Source of the DNA: Terricaulis sp. | GTDB lineage: Bacteria > Pseudomonadota > Alphaproteobacteria > Caulobacterales > Aquidulcibacteraceae | Reading direction: 5' to 3' | DNA: 64,000 nucleotides | Assembly (NCBI GenBank): GCA_040080805.1 | Contig: JBEBHQ010000006.1 | Span: forward strand, 380 to 64,379 | Shown: positions 63,752-64,000 of the stretch, in pieces | How the letters are laid out: each line of letters opens with the position of its first letter | Position numbering within the stretch: the stretch's first letter is position 1 | Program-made: the position numbers and the translations under genes | Notes under the pieces: model-generated | Seen by the model: only the letters and a program-made list of their open reading frames with translations | The model's database searches: none | What the model was told of the DNA's origin: nothing

Positions 63752-64000
63752 TCAGCCCCCCAACACGTCGGTCATTGTCCGCCCCAGCGCCGCTGGATGT
63801 GGCGCGACGCGGATGCCGGCGGCTTCGAGCGCCGCGATCTTGCTTCCGGCATCGCCCTTACCGCCTGAAATGATCGCGCCCGCATGGCCCATGCGCCGGC
63901 CCGGAGGCGCGGTGCTGCCAGCGATGAATCCGACAGTGGGCTTCCAGCGGCCTCTCTTTTTTTCGTCGGCGAGAAATTGAGCGGCGTCTTCCTCCGCCGC
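63752..64000 (-). CDS. sucD: Succinate--CoA ligase subunit alpha, C-terminal part (runs off the window)
   Basis: My own translation of the minus strand gives ...[63 protein letters not shown]. This contains the phospho-His loop of SucD. It is absent from the ORF track because the start lies outside the window. Confidence 0.9.
   Translation of the reverse strand, partial: AAEEDAAQFLADEKKRGRWKPTVGFIAGSTAPPGRRMGHAGAIISGGKGDAGSKIAALEAAGIRVAPHPAALGRTMTDVLGG

Overview
G+C-rich chromosomal segment with alphaproteobacterial gene order (obg-proB-proA-nadD-rsfS-rlmH-M23-ctpA-rppH, atpHAGDC, sucAB-lpdA, tamAB, priA, xerC). It splits into two parts. (1) Positions 1 to about 12650 are a decayed integrative/conjugative-element-like island that ends at the 3' end of tRNA-Arg(CCG). 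It holds a HigBA-type toxin-antitoxin pair, two excisionase-type HTH genes and a 5'-truncated DUF3363/VirD2-type relaxase. It also carries a 1403-aa Sec-signal Rhs polymorphic toxin whose 211-aa C-terminal tip I cannot assign, followed by an overlapping lipoprotein ORF (candidate immunity gene). Downstream are two decayed orphan rhs fragments, an IS66-family remnant and a complete IS3-family element with an extra inverted 167-bp end fragment. (2) The rest is core genome, with some unusual local architecture. The F1 ATP synthase operon has three tightly coupled non-atp genes inside it (LysE-family exporter, Ohr peroxidase, 66-aa proline-rich ORF). The sucA-sucB-lpdA cluster has two inserted ORFs. 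A block of uncharacterised exported proteins lies between priA and xerC. A roughly 600-nt convergent spacer has no call. The most interesting candidate is the Rhs tip plus lipoprotein module, with no T6SS, PAAR or VgrG genes in the window. All calls come from reading the supplied ORF translations and the DNA by eye; no database search was run.
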